Shown here: piece after piece, positions 31,687 to 42,640 of the stretch
How positions within the stretch are numbered: position 1 is the first letter of the stretch
Layout of the letters: the number at the start of each line of letters is the position of its first letter
Assembly (NCBI GenBank): GCA_043747615.1
Contig: JAYTOU010000057.1
Location: 64,001 to 128,000, forward strand
Length of the DNA: 64,000 nt
From: Myxococcales bacterium
GTDB taxonomy: Bacteria > Myxococcota_A > Polyangia > Polyangiales > Polyangiaceae
Direction of reading: 5' to 3'
Notes under the pieces: model-generated
Database searches by the model: none
What the model saw: the letters and a program-made list of their open reading frames with translations, nothing else
What the model was told of the DNA's origin: nothing
Translations under genes and position numbers: made by a program

Positions 31687-34600
31687 CACGCCATCTCCTT
31701 GTTCGGATTTCGGATCTTCCCGAGATAGGTCGTCCGAGGGTGGGTGCCGATGTCAGCGAGGAGCGCGTAGTTGCGATCGCGCGCGGCGAGGTCGGTGACC
31801 CGCGCCGACGGATCGTTGAGATCGCCGAAGACGATCGCGTTCGCGGGGCACGCTTGCGCGCACGCAGGCGTGATGTCTCCGTCCTTGAGGGGCTTGCCGG
31901 TTCGCTTGGAGCCGATCTTCCCCTCTTGAATGCGCTGCACGCAATAGGTGCATTTCTCCATGACGCCGCGCATGCGGACGGTGACGTTCGGGTTGAACTG
32001 CATCTTCACCGTTTCCGGCAAATCGCCGTACATCGGGTCTCCCTGGTACTCGAGGAAGTTGAAGCGCCGGACCTTGTACGGGCAGTTGTTCGCGCAGTAG
32101 CGGGTGCCGATGCAACGGTTGTAGGCCATGTCGTTCAGCCCCTCGGGGCTGTGGGCCGTCGCGTTGACGGGGCAGACATTTTCGCACGGTGCGTCTTCGC
32201 ACTGCACGCAGGCCACCGGCTGGAGAGCCACTTCCGGATCGGCGATGTCATCACCGAGGAAGTAGCGATCGATGCGGATCCAGTGCATCTCGCGACCGCG
32301 CTCGACCTGATCTTTACCGACCGTGGGAATGTTGTTCTCGGCCTGGCAGGCAATGACGCAGGCGTTGCAGCCGGTGCACGAGCTGAGATCGATGTTCATC
32401 CCCCACTTGTGCCCCTTGCTGTAATCGACGGGCTTCCACAGCGGGAGGACCTTGGGGTTCGGGCTGCGGAACTGCGGGAAGTTCGGCGTTGCCTTGTATT
32501 GATCGAGGGTCGCGTCGATGGCGATGGGGCGGCCTTCCATCGAGTGGTGATCCTGGGTCTGCGAGAGCTGGTACTTGCCGCCGGTCTTCTTCACGACGAC
32601 GCCGTCGGTGAAGTCCATGGCGTCGAGGCTGCGCAGCGGGTTCACGTTGAAGCCGTGGTTCGTTCCGTAGCGACCGGCGCTGCTTCGGCCCCAGCCGAGG
32701 TAAACGGAGATCGACCCGTCGGCCTGACCAGGCTGAATCCACGCGGCGATCTCGATACGCGCACCTTCGCGCGAGAGCTCGATCATGTCCCCGCTTTCGA
32801 TGCCCAGCTCTTTTGCCGTGGTCGCAGAGATGTGCGCGGCGTTGTCCCAGACGATCTTGGTCATGGGATCGGGGAGCTCTTGCAGCCACGGATTGTTGGC
32901 GTGACGGCCGTCGAGCATCTTTGGATCGGCGAGGAAGACGACCTCGACGTTCGCGCCCGAGATAGGTTTCTTCGGCGCCTGAACCTTGGAAAGCTCGGCC
33001 GCGATCTCGGTGCCCTTGACCTCCGAAGGGGTGAACGCGAAGGACGCGCTCCCGACGATCAGCCCTTTTTGCAGGGCCGTTCGCCACTGCTTGTCGAAGC
33101 CGGTCGTTGCAGTCGATGCCGCGCGCAGCGTGTCGCGCGTGTGGTCGTGGCCGCTCTTGGGCTTGGCATTGCTGGCGTCTGAAGCTCCGGGCTGCGGGCC
33201 GATCATACGACCGAGCATCTCGAGATCGCTCACCCCGCCATGGAGCGGCGCGATCATCGGCTGCTGGAGAGTCCACGTTCCGTCGAGGGAGCGCTGATCG
33301 CCCCAGGCCTCGAATTCGTGGGCGCGCGGCAGGTGCCACGTGCATTTTGCGGAGGTCTCGTCGAGGTGACTGGCGAGGTGAATGCTGGTTGCGACCTTGC
33401 CGAGACGGTCGGCGAATTTCGCATCCCACGGCGCGTCGTATGCGGGATTTCCACCGAGGATGAGGAGCGTCTCGACCTTGCCCGCTTCCATGTCCATGCC
33501 GAGCGTGCGCACGTCCGCGGCGTGATCTTGCTCGAGGAGATCGACCACCGGTGTGTAGTTGACGACCTCTCCCACGCTTCCGAGCGCGGCGTTGAGAGCG
33601 TGAACGAGGGCGTGAACGGCGGCCGGCTGACGCGATCCGGCGACGACGATCGCTCGTCCCTGGTTGTCCGCGAGCTCCTTGGCCACGGCCTTGATCCAAT
33701 GCTCGGGGATCCCGTCCATGGGATGCGTCCCGAGGCTCGCGGTGACCGGACCAAGATTGAGGCGGAATGTTGTGGCGAGCTCTTTTGCAAGGAGACGCGC
33801 GTAGCGCTCGACGTCGCGCGAGGGGAGGCGCAGGCGATGATCCGCGTTTGCCCCCGTCGTCGAGTGGGTGGACTCGACGACGTAGAGACGACTCATGCTC
33901 TCTTCGCCGGAGCGAATTCGCCGGCCGTCCGCGAAGAGACGCGTGGCCCGCACCATGCCCGGCTCGGTCTGCAAGAAATCGGCGTCGAGGGAGACGATGA
34001 CCCGCGCGTGCGCATAGTCGTAGAGCGCGTTGACAGGCTGACCGAACGCGAGCCGCGCCCCTTCGCGCATGTTGCTCTCGCCTACGCTCGCGTACGTGTG
34101 GAAGCGGCAGTGCGGAAAGCGCGCGCGCACCGCATCCCGGAGTCGCACGAAGGTAGGGGAGTTCGTGGGCTGCGCCAAAACCCGCAGTTTTGCGCCGCGA
34201 TCAGCGTCGTGCTCCTTCAGCTTCTTGTCGAAGAACTCGCCGAACTCTTCATGCGTGGCCTTGGCGGCCCCATGCATCGGCGTGGTCGAGCGGTCCGGAT
34301 CGTACAGGTCGAAAATCGAGGCCTGGGCGAGAGCGTCGGTGCTGCCACGGCTCGAGGGATGATCCGGGTTGCCTTCGACCTTGGTCGGACGACCGTCGTG
34401 GCTCTCGACGAGAACGCCGAGAGCGTCGCCGCGGCGGTAGATGGCCGTGGCGTAGTGATTCGAGATGCCGGGGATCACCTGCTCGGGCGCGCGGGTGTAG
34501 GGGACGAGCTTCTCGACCGGGCGACGAAGGCACCCTTCAAGACCGAAGAGCGCGGTCACCGCGGTGCCGAACTTCATGAGCCCGCGTCGACTGACGTTGG

Positions 34601-34817
34601 CACCGAGACCTGCGTCGCCCGTGATGAGCGCGGCGAGAGACTCGGGCGCCTCCTCCTTCATCATCTGCAGCGGACGATCGAGCGGGAATTCAGCGGTTTT
34701 GGCGTTCTTCAAGCCATCGACCGAAGCCCGCTCCTCGATGCTCTTCCAAAACAGCTTTGAGCCGGAGCTGCCTGCGTGGCCGGCTTCGGATTCAACATTC
34801 GGGTCGCGTCGACTCAT
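31686..34817 (-). CDS. actB: Alternative complex III subunit ActB (molybdopterin-oxidoreductase-like + Fe-S)
   Basis: FWKSIEE...EFP, Tat-like [55 protein letters not shown]. Confidence 0.94.
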
Positions 34818-35443
34818 CGGTGACACCCTGAGCAGTTCTGGGGAGGATTCACGCTCGGCGGCTTCCAGCCCGCGGGGGCCATTTCCGGCTTCCAATCCGC
34901 GTTCGTGATTTGATCTTTGGGACGGAGGTTGGGCGTCGGATCGCGGTGGCACTCGAGGCACCAACCCATGCCGATCGGCTTGTCGAGGCGCACGACCTCC
35001 ATCTGATCGATGCGTCCGTGGCACGTCACGCAGCCAACGCCGGCGCTGAGGTGCGGGGTGTGATCGAAGTAGCTGTGCTCGGGCAGCTTGTGGACCCTGA
35101 CCCACTCCATGGGTGCGTTCGTCTTCCAGCTGGCGCGAATGGGGGCGAGACGCGCCGACTCGGTCTTCACGAGCGAGTGACATCCCATGCAGGTCTGCGT
35201 CGCCGGGACCATCGCGTGCGCCGCGCGCTCGACGTTGGCGTGGCAATAGCGGCAGTCGATCCCCAGTTGCCCGGCGTGCAGCTTGTGGCTGTAGGCGACG
35301 GGCTGAATGGGTGCGTAGCCGACCTGGAGGTTCTTCGGCGACGCATAGTACCAAATGGCGAGCACCACGCTGATGATCGCGACGTTGACGCCGATGGCGG
35401 CGACGAGTGGGAGCTTGTTGAGCGACCGGGGGAATAGCTGCAT
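34814..35443 (-). CDS. actA: Alternative complex III pentaheme cytochrome ActA
   Basis: N-terminal TM, QPVAYSHKLH, five CxxCH (CRYCH, CMGCH, CVTCH, CLECH, CSGCH). Confidence 0.94.
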   Translation of the reverse strand: MQLFPRSLNKLPLVAAIGVNVAIISVVLAIWYYASPKNLQVGYAPIQPVAYSHKLHAGQLGIDCRYCHANVERAAHAMVPATQTCMGCHSLVKTESARLAPIRASWKTNAPMEWVRVHKLPEHSYFDHTPHLSAGVGCVTCHGRIDQMEVVRLDKPIGMGWCLECHRDPTPNLRPKDQITNADWKPEMAPAGWKPPSVNPPQNCSGCHR

Positions 35444-35614
35444 CGGAGCCTGGGTGGCGGCTAAACGCGTCTTGCCGCAAAGGGGTGACGAGGTGCGCGC
35501 CTAGTTCTGCCGTTCCGGGTCCTTATAGGGGACGGAACCATCAACACACAACCCTTTGCTTACGGAGAAGCACCTCCGCGCAATTCTTTCGTTTTTTCGG
35601 GTTGGGAAGATCGC

Positions 35615-36514
35615 CTAGACGAGGGGGGTGGAGTCGATCATCAAGGCACTGAAAAGTACGACCAAGTAGACGATTGACGCGGCGAAGAAGCTCCGCGCCC
35701 AGCTTCGGCCCGCCTCCTGACGGAAGCCCATACAGGCCCACCCAAAGAAGATCGAGCCAAGGACGAAGGCGGTGATCAGGTAGCCGCGGCCGGCGATTCC
35801 CAAAGGAAAGATGATGAGTGTGGAGACGACGAGGGCGAAGGTGTAGCGGACGATGACCCGCTTCGTAGCCTCGTCGCCGAAGACGTTGGGCGTCACGAAG
35901 AGCCCCGCCCTGGCGTAGTCGGCCTTGCGAAAGAGCGCGATGGCCAGGAAGTGCGGGACCTGCCAGATGAAAAGAATGACGAAGAGCGCGATCCCGCCCC
36001 AATCGACGCGCCCCGTTGCGGCCGTCCACCCCATAAGCGGAGGGATGGCGCCGGGGACCGCACCGACGAGGAGCGCCGTATGCGAGCGCTGCTTCATCGG
36101 CGTGTAGGCAAGGACGTAGCTGAGGTTGGCGAGCACTGCGAGGAGCGCGGTCACCGCGTTGACGCCGATGGCGAGGATGGGAACGGAGAGGACGGAGATG
36201 CCGACGCCAAAGACGAGGGCTGTGCGCGGGGCCATGCGACCCGTTGGAAGTGGCCTGTTTTTGGTGCGATCCATCTTTCCGTCGATGTCGCGCTCCATGT
36301 ACATGTTGAGCGCGTTTGCGCCTGACACGATGAGGAGCGAGCCGAGCATCGTCATCGCGAACGCGAGGCGCGTGATGTGCACCGGCGCAAGCCAGACCCC
36401 GCCGGCGGTCGTGGTGAGAACCACCGCAGTGATGCGCGGCTTCGTGAGCGCGATCAGATCGGAGATGGATGCTGCGCGAACGTGTTTTTCGAGGTCCGAC
36501 GTTAGCTCGGTCAC
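35615..36514 (-). CDS. ctaB: Protoheme IX farnesyltransferase (heme o synthase)
   Basis: LTKPRI, NMYMERDID..M.RT.NRPLP, YTPMK, GAVPGAIPP, WQVPHF. GTG 36514 supported by promoter geometry. Confidence 0.93.
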   Translation of the reverse strand: MTELTSDLEKHVRAASISDLIALTKPRITAVVLTTTAGGVWLAPVHITRLAFAMTMLGSLLIVSGANALNMYMERDIDGKMDRTKNRPLPTGRMAPRTALVFGVGISVLSVPILAIGVNAVTALLAVLANLSYVLAYTPMKQRSHTALLVGAVPGAIPPLMGWTAATGRVDWGGIALFVILFIWQVPHFLAIALFRKADYARAGLFVTPNVFGDEATKRVIVRYTFALVVSTLIIFPLGIAGRGYLITAFVLGSIFFGWACMGFRQEAGRSWARSFFAASIVYLVVLFSALMIDSTPLV

Positions 36515-36521
36515 GGTAGCG

Positions 36522-36550
36522 CGTATAAGGAAACCGCGCCGGGCCGTCAA
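36522..36550 (-). promoter_or_regulatory. Promoter TTGACG-N17-TATACG, 7 nt before the ctaB start
   Basis: Hexamers at 36550-36545 and 36527-36522. Confidence 0.6.
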
Positions 36551-36720
36551 GCGCGGGCCAGCAGCGGGAGCGAAACCGTGAAGCGGCTTCCATTTGCGTC
36601 GCCGCTCCTCGACGCCCGGCTCGCCTCGCCGTGATCTGCGTCTGGCGCTGCGCGGCCCGCACTCTGCCGGCCGCGGGTCGACGCCGACTTGCCACTCCGA
36701 TGCCCATGGAGATCGGTTGG

Positions 36721-37249
36721 TTAGAGGCCGTCCGTGGAGAGTAACCCTCGCATCGCGGCAAAGCGAACTAGTGCCTCGGTCGAGTGGACGCCGAGCTTGC
36801 GATTGATGCGGGCGCGGTGAGTCTCGACCGTCTTCACGCTGATCGTGAGCTCGCGCGCGGCACTCTCGTTGGTAAAGCCGCGCACGACGAGATCGAACAC
36901 TTCCCGCTCTCGCGCCGAAAGCTCTTTCAGCGGGCTCGCCCTCGCGTCCTCGCCGCGGCGATGACGTTCGAGGACCGCCTTCGGAATCTTGGGCGCAAGG
37001 TAGTGCTCGCCGCTGGCCACGACGCGAATGGCGGTGACGATCTCTTCTGCGAGCTGATCCTTCAATGCGTATCCGAGCGCGCCAGCCGCGAGCGCTTCCA
37101 TGACGTTCTCGTCTGTGCCGTGGATGCTGAGCATCATCATCTTGCATTGAGGATCACGGCGCCGGAGCTCCGGCGCGCAGGCCGTCTCTAAAGATCTGAT
37201 GGTCGTCGAGTAACGCAATTCGCAAACGCACAGATGCAGCCCAGCTCAA
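36721..37249 (-). pseudogene. NarL/LuxR-family response regulator with an internal deletion and frameshift in the receiver domain
   Basis: Frame A (TTG 37249, GAGGAG RBS) reads ...LRIALLDDHQIFRDGLRA then stops at 37154. Frame B resumes ELRRRDPQCKMMMLS...GALGYALK...LSAREREV..SVKTVETHR. The beta2-beta3 region with the phospho-Asp is missing. Confidence 0.85.
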
Positions 37250-37266
37250 AGATAGTCTCCTCGAGG

Positions 37267-39246
37267 TCAGTTGAGGACGAAGTTATTCAGCCCCGCGACG
37301 ATGACTCCGAGGATGCTCTCACCGGCGATCACCCCGGAGGCGATCGGGATGACGAAGCGATCGGCCGTCTTCTTGTCGAGCTTCGAGACGACGTAGGCAA
37401 TGAATGCCCCAAGGAAGAGCGAGAGAGGGAAGACGAAGGGGAGCATCAGCCCGAAGCCGATGCCAGTTGGGGAGGGGAGCCACTCCTTCTTTTTAGGAAA
37501 GATAAGCTCGAGCGTCGCAAGGATCGCTCCGACGACGAGACCGCAGACGATCCCTTGCTGGGCCATCGGGTGGAGATTCTGGATACCGAGCTTGAAGACC
37601 TGGGCCACGGCTTTCCATTGCTGGGCCGACGGCGCGGGAAATTTCGGGTCCGCTCCGTCGATGCCCGTGAGCGCGGTGGCGTTCGGAACCAGCAGAAAAT
37701 AGCCAATGCAGCTGGCGATCGTCCCCGTAAGCACGCCCATAGCTTGCGCCAAAAACTGCCGGCGCGGATTCGCTCCGAGGAGATAGCCGCTCTTCAGATC
37801 GTTCAACAGATCCGCGCTCGCGAGCGAAGACCCTGAGGTGATCCCGGCGGTCATCAGGTTGGCCGTCGTGCTCTGCGGAATGAGCACGCCGTACGTGAGC
37901 TGCATGATCTTGCCCATGGCGCTGCCAGGCGTGATGTCGGTTTCGCCCGTCGCGCGGCACGCCACGAGGCCGAGAATGAACGTCAGGACGACGGCGAGCG
38001 CGCCGTAGTGCGGCGGGACCTCGAAGTACCTCCACGCGAGGAGCACGATGGCCGTACCCGCGAGCCCGGTGCCCACGAAGAACCAGCTCATGGGCGGCTC
38101 GGTCTCCGTCACGAGCGGGTCTGCATCCTTCTGCCCTCTGCCCATTCCGGCGAAGGCACGGACGATCGTGCGCCACTGAAAAGCGAACGACAGGAGGCCC
38201 GACGAGACCATGATCGGCGCGCCGAACCAGATGCCGATCTCTTTCCACGTCGACCCCGGCTTCGTCGCAGCGGTGATGACCGCGCCTGCGGGGCTATGCC
38301 AGGAAGTCTCCATCGCTAACGGACCGAGAAAATAAGCCAAAAAGAGCCCCGCGCCGACCATGCTGATCGTGACCCGCAGGCCGACGATCGCCCCAGCCCC
38401 GACGAGCACCACGCTGTGATCGAGCTTCACCGTGAAGTCGGAGAGCTTGTAGATTTTTCCCGCGGCGTGAATTCCCGGCAGCCAGTCGAAGACGTTGCTC
38501 GCTCCGGGGAGGAGCGTGTCGCGCGTCATCTTGCCGAGAGCGCCCGCGTGCTTGACGATGTTGAGATCCTTCAAAAGCGGCACCAGCATTCCCAAGGCGG
38601 CCCCCGCCATCAGTGCGCGCCCCTTCTCGAGGGCATCTTTTCCTGAGCTGTAGAGTCCTTGGAGCGTGACGGCGGCGGCAGTTCCCGAGGGGAATTTGAG
38701 CCTCTCCTGGTTGATCATGTTCCGCTTCATCGGGATGGCGAGACACACCCCGAGGACGGCGAGAAGGAACACCCAGGGGACGATGACCGCCATCGGGATC
38801 GGCACGCCGTTCGGCGTATTTGGTCCCACCGACAAGAGGAGCATCGCTGGGATGGCGCTCACCAGCGTGTTGCCCGTGGCGTAACCGGCGGAAGACGCGG
38901 TCGACGTCGTGCAGTTCGTCTCGAGGATCGTCATCGGCGTCTTCACGATCCCGGCCTTGTGCAAAGCCGTCGAAATCGTGAACGTGAGAATGCACGCCGT
39001 GAGATTCACCCCCAAAAACCAGCCTGTTTTGAGGCCGATGTAGATGTTCGTGAACGAGAGGAAGAAGCCAAGGACGGTTCCCATCACGACGGCGCGCAGC
39101 GTGAGCTGAGGGACGTCGACGCCGCGGTAGGCCCGCGCGTACCACTCTTTCTCGTCGAACGAGAGGACAGTCTCCGGAGGGATTGCGAGCGGCTTGGCGC
39201 GCTCCAACTCTTCGGGAGTGACGGGCGCCTTCTGAAAAAACGGCAT
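37267..39246 (-). CDS. OPT/YSL-family oligopeptide transporter
   Basis: QLTLRA, YIGLKTG, LKFPSGTA, GETDITP, DLKSGYLLGANPR, GVIAGES. Confidence 0.9.
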   Translation of the reverse strand: MPFFQKAPVTPEELERAKPLAIPPETVLSFDEKEWYARAYRGVDVPQLTLRAVVMGTVLGFFLSFTNIYIGLKTGWFLGVNLTACILTFTISTALHKAGIVKTPMTILETNCTTSTASSAGYATGNTLVSAIPAMLLLSVGPNTPNGVPIPMAVIVPWVFLLAVLGVCLAIPMKRNMINQERLKFPSGTAAAVTLQGLYSSGKDALEKGRALMAGAALGMLVPLLKDLNIVKHAGALGKMTRDTLLPGASNVFDWLPGIHAAGKIYKLSDFTVKLDHSVVLVGAGAIVGLRVTISMVGAGLFLAYFLGPLAMETSWHSPAGAVITAATKPGSTWKEIGIWFGAPIMVSSGLLSFAFQWRTIVRAFAGMGRGQKDADPLVTETEPPMSWFFVGTGLAGTAIVLLAWRYFEVPPHYGALAVVLTFILGLVACRATGETDITPGSAMGKIMQLTYGVLIPQSTTANLMTAGITSGSSLASADLLNDLKSGYLLGANPRRQFLAQAMGVLTGTIASCIGYFLLVPNATALTGIDGADPKFPAPSAQQWKAVAQVFKLGIQNLHPMAQQGIVCGLVVGAILATLELIFPKKKEWLPSPTGIGFGLMLPFVFPLSLFLGAFIAYVVSKLDKKTADRFVIPIASGVIAGESILGVIVAGLNNFVLN

Positions 39247-39256
39247 GCGCGCGAGC

Positions 39257-39928
39257 CTAACCGACCGCGGCCCACAAGGCATCGCCCTCGAGAATCGCCC
39301 CGTGTTGCGGGTTGCGGAGGACGCTCAGAAAAGCGCCACACAGCACACGGATCGGAATGGGGCGCATCCGGTTCGCCCAGCCAGAGAGGCCGGGGATCGC
39401 GCCCACCATGCCAAAAAAAGCGCCCGTCCCGGGAGGAGCTTTGCGGCTGCCGTGCGTCGCCTCGGGGGCGTCCACGGGGCTCACCAGGATCGACGGGCGA
39501 AAGATCGTCCACGCGAGACCGCTCGTTTCCACGATCGTCTCGCACTCGCGTTTCATCTTCAGGTAGGAGCCCATTCCGCCCGCGCCGACCGAGCTGAGAA
39601 GAAGGAAGCGCGGGACGCCCGCCGCTTTTGCGCTCCTCGAGAGCTGGCGCGTAGTTCCGACGTCGCTCGATTCGTAGGTGTCGCCTGAGGCAAATCGTTT
39701 TTGCATCGTGCCGATCAGGGAGAGCACGGCGTCGCATCCTTTGAGCGCGCGCTCGAGCTCGGCGGCATTTCCGAGATCGAAAATCTCTGCCCGCGGATCC
39801 TTGCTCAGCGGCGTTTTCGCAGCCGAGCTAGGGCGAACGTGAAGACGGAGGTCCATCCCCGCAGCCGTCGCCAACGGGACGAACACTTGCCCCGTGGCCC
39901 CGGTTGCCCCCGCAACGAACACTCTCAT
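39257..39928 (-). CDS. NAD(P)-binding atypical SDR protein
   Basis: MRVFVAGATGATG, LSSVGA, YLKMK, WTIFRPS. Confidence 0.85.
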   Translation of the reverse strand: MRVFVAGATGATGQVFVPLATAAGMDLRLHVRPSSAAKTPLSKDPRAEIFDLGNAAELERALKGCDAVLSLIGTMQKRFASGDTYESSDVGTTRQLSRSAKAAGVPRFLLLSSVGAGGMGSYLKMKRECETIVETSGLAWTIFRPSILVSPVDAPEATHGSRKAPPGTGAFFGMVGAIPGLSGWANRMRPIPIRVLCGAFLSVLRNPQHGAILEGDALWAAVG

Positions 39929-39982
39929 TTGGGGACTATACGGGAAGCTCCCGCCGGCAGGTCTTTCCGATAAAGTCTCCCG

Positions 39983-40594
39983 ATGGAACATGCTTACCGT
40001 CCGACCCGTCCTCGCCGGGTTTGCGTGTTTTGCGGGTCGCGCTCGGGCGCACGAGAAATCTACAGAACCGAAGCCGCGCGTTTCGGTGGCGTGCTCGCGG
40101 CCCGCGGCATCGGTGTCGTCTACGGCGGCTCGCAGATCGGAGTGATGGGGGCGGTTGCGAACGCGGCGCTGGAGGCGGGTGGCGAGGTCATCGGCGTCAT
40201 CCCCCACGGGCTCGCGGCCAAAGAGGTCGCCCACCACGGGCTCACCGAGCTCCGGATCGTCGAGACCATGCACGAACGTAAAGCGATGATGGCCGATCTC
40301 TCCGACGCGTTCGTCGCGCTCCCCGGCGGCTGCGGCACCTTCGACGAGCTCTTCGAAGTGATCACCTGGGCCCAGATAGGTCTGCATGCCAAGCCGATCG
40401 GCGTGCTCGACGTCGAGGGCTATTTTCAGCCACTTCGCGCGCTCGTTGCCAGCGTCGTGAAGGAAGGATTTGCGTCCCCCGAGCACATGGATCTCCTCGC
40501 CTTCGATGACGATCCCGAGCGCCTGGCCGACGCTATTTCGATCCCCCGCACTTTCCCGCTCGGACCCAAGTGGATCGATGATCGCGCGCGTTAG
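39983..40594 (+). CDS. LOG-family nucleotide phosphoribohydrolase
   Basis: VCVFCGS, VYGG, MHERK, PGGCGTFDE. Confidence 0.93.
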   Translation: MEHAYRPTRPRRVCVFCGSRSGAREIYRTEAARFGGVLAARGIGVVYGGSQIGVMGAVANAALEAGGEVIGVIPHGLAAKEVAHHGLTELRIVETMHERKAMMADLSDAFVALPGGCGTFDELFEVITWAQIGLHAKPIGVLDVEGYFQPLRALVASVVKEGFASPEHMDLLAFDDDPERLADAISIPRTFPLGPKWIDDRAR

Positions 40595-40615
40595 GAAGAA
40601 GGCGGGAGCGCGTAT

Positions 40616-41728
40616 CTAGAACGTGTCTCCGGTCAGGCTGACGTCGGCCCGCTCGTTGGTGCCGATGCTGCTATCAGCGGTTGCAGTGAGCTGGGCGTCG
40701 ATCATCGATTTCATGACTTCGGACGCCGCGCCGACGAGGATCGGGTAGTCGACGAGAGACGAAGGCCAGTGCACGAACACGCGTGGGACACTGCGGACAT
40801 CGCGGGTGATGCGCGCGCGGACGGAGTTCGGTTTGCCGGCGGCGGGAACACTCGCCTTTAGCAAGGTCACCGACTTGTCCGGATAGCTCATGAGGTAGTT
40901 GGTGACGTACGTGATGTTGTTGCAGAGGTACGTGTTGCCGCTCCGCGGAAAGCCGGCGAGCTTGGCGCCGAAGAGAATGTCCCCGAGGGCGCGACCATTT
41001 TCAGTGGTGGCCTTCTGTGCTTCGACGCTGGCCGCCGCGGCATCACGAACTGCATTCCACGCGAGCAAAAGGCCTTTTTTCTGATCGCCTACCGAGGCGG
41101 ACATGACGATCGGCGCGACGTCTTTTCCTTTCGGGGGCACGGGCACCAGCGCATCCGAGCCGTCGGTAAGTGCCATCGCCTTGTTCACCGACCCGAGCTC
41201 GATCCACAGATCCTGGGTGGCGTCCGCGATGCCGTTCATCATCACCAAGCTCGGGCCGAAGGCGTCGACTTCCTTCGCAACGAGGATGGCGGCGAGATCC
41301 CAGTAGACGGGCACGATCATGGCGCACACGTCGACTTCGCCGCTCATTGGGAGCGACATTTTTCCGAGCGCGACGCGCGTCTGCGGGGCGGGAAGATCTA
41401 CTTTGCCGGTCGGGGGCTTCGTGGTCTGCGGGTACACCGCCGCGGGGACGAGCTTCTCGACGATGCGTCCGGTCGCGTTGTTGCTGTTGTCGAGAAAGCG
41501 TCCGAAGCCGACGACGAGGACGCGCGGGTTCTTGCCGGTCGACTTGCAGGTCGCCTGGTACTTGTTAGCGAACGCGACGTTCGCATCGTACTGCGCGCGC
41601 GCTTGGGGAGACTTCGTGTCGACCACCACAGCATCCTCCGAGGCGTCGGCGGCGACGTCCGTTGCGTCGAGCGCGCATCCGGCGAGCATGGCAGCGAGAG
41701 GCAAGAGATGGCGCAGTCCAAGTTTCAT
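40616..41728 (-). CDS. Pyroglutamyl-peptidase I (C15)-like lipoprotein
   Basis: Lipobox LAGC; VLVVGFGRF, ELGSVN, GNTYLCNN, FVHWP parallel the C15 Glu/Cys/His motifs. Confidence 0.68.
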   Translation of the reverse strand: MKLGLRHLLPLAAMLAGCALDATDVAADASEDAVVVDTKSPQARAQYDANVAFANKYQATCKSTGKNPRVLVVGFGRFLDNSNNATGRIVEKLVPAAVYPQTTKPPTGKVDLPAPQTRVALGKMSLPMSGEVDVCAMIVPVYWDLAAILVAKEVDAFGPSLVMMNGIADATQDLWIELGSVNKAMALTDGSDALVPVPPKGKDVAPIVMSASVGDQKKGLLLAWNAVRDAAAASVEAQKATTENGRALGDILFGAKLAGFPRSGNTYLCNNITYVTNYLMSYPDKSVTLLKASVPAAGKPNSVRARITRDVRSVPRVFVHWPSSLVDYPILVGAASEVMKSMIDAQLTATADSSIGTNERADVSLTGDTF

Positions 41729-41748
41729 GTCAGTTGATGTGGGATAAA

Positions 41749-41764
41749 AGCACATCTTGGTCCA
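41749..41764 (-). promoter_or_regulatory. Candidate sigma54 promoter TGGACCAAGATGTGCT
   Basis: GG-N10-GC, 22 nt upstream of ATG 41728. Confidence 0.5.
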
Positions 41765-41854
41765 CGCCAAATTCCCCTCGATTTTGAGGAAATACGGGCA
41801 AAGAAACCGGATCGATGGGGATCCACTTGATCCCTCCGGTGATCCGCTCAGACC

Positions 41855-42640
41855 TCAAATCCGGAAACGAACCGGGGCCCCGATGGCACGCTGGTAGAGG
41901 CGCCCGAGCTCACCGTCGGCGAGAACGGCGACCACCGGATACCCGCCCGTCGTCGGATGGTCCGGACCAAGAACGATCGGCTCACCGGAAGGTGGGACCT
42001 CGATCGCTCCCGCGACCATCGGCATCGACCGCTCTACCTCCGCGCTCGGAAGGCGCGGCCCCTCGAGCCGTGCTCCCATTCGATCGCTCACCGCCGAAAG
42101 CGCAAACACCGACGACAACAGAAGCGGGAGCGCATCCCTCAGGTCCGGCCCCGGAACCAGGCGAAGGGCCTTCTCCTCTTCTTCGTCCTTTGGCGCCCGA
42201 GGAACGGGCTTGCCACGGTCTCCTCCACCGAGCGCGATCCGATCGGCTCGCCGAAGCGCGCGGCCATGGAATCCCCCGAGGCCCGCGACGAGCAACGTCC
42301 CTCGTCCTCCATGAACGATGGGAACATCGAGGCCGCCGTGAAACGCGAGGTAGCGTACCCGGCGATCGCCGAGCGAGCTCACGTCGAACCGCTCACCGGC
42401 AGCGAGCATCGTTGGTCCTTCGTCCGTCGCAACGAAGACGCTCTCGATAGCGACGATCGAAAGCTTCCCCGTGAGCTCGATCGCCGGCAAGTGCCAGGCG
42501 TTTCCCGCGTGCTTGTTCGCGCGCGCGAGATCGCGGGGGACGAGCGCTCCGCCCGGCGGGATGCCGAGATGCATGAACCCCGAACGACCTCCGTCCTGAA
42601 CGATCGCGAGCCCCGCGATGGAGACGATCTCGACCGTCAT
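41855..42640 (-). CDS. pxpC: 5-oxoprolinase subunit C
   Basis: VQDGGR.G...GIPPGGA, YLAFHGG, SDRMG.RL, DHPTTGGYP. Confidence 0.88.
   Translation of the reverse strand: MTVEIVSIAGLAIVQDGGRSGFMHLGIPPGGALVPRDLARANKHAGNAWHLPAIELTGKLSIVAIESVFVATDEGPTMLAAGERFDVSSLGDRRVRYLAFHGGLDVPIVHGGRGTLLVAGLGGFHGRALRRADRIALGGGDRGKPVPRAPKDEEEEKALRLVPGPDLRDALPLLLSSVFALSAVSDRMGARLEGPRLPSAEVERSMPMVAGAIEVPPSGEPIVLGPDHPTTGGYPVVAVLADGELGRLYQRAIGAPVRFRI

Noticed and set aside
35615..37147. 510-aa ctaB with a long N-terminal extension
   Set aside because: The extension is a low-complexity Arg-rich shadow over the regulator pseudogene; promoter geometry supports 36514.
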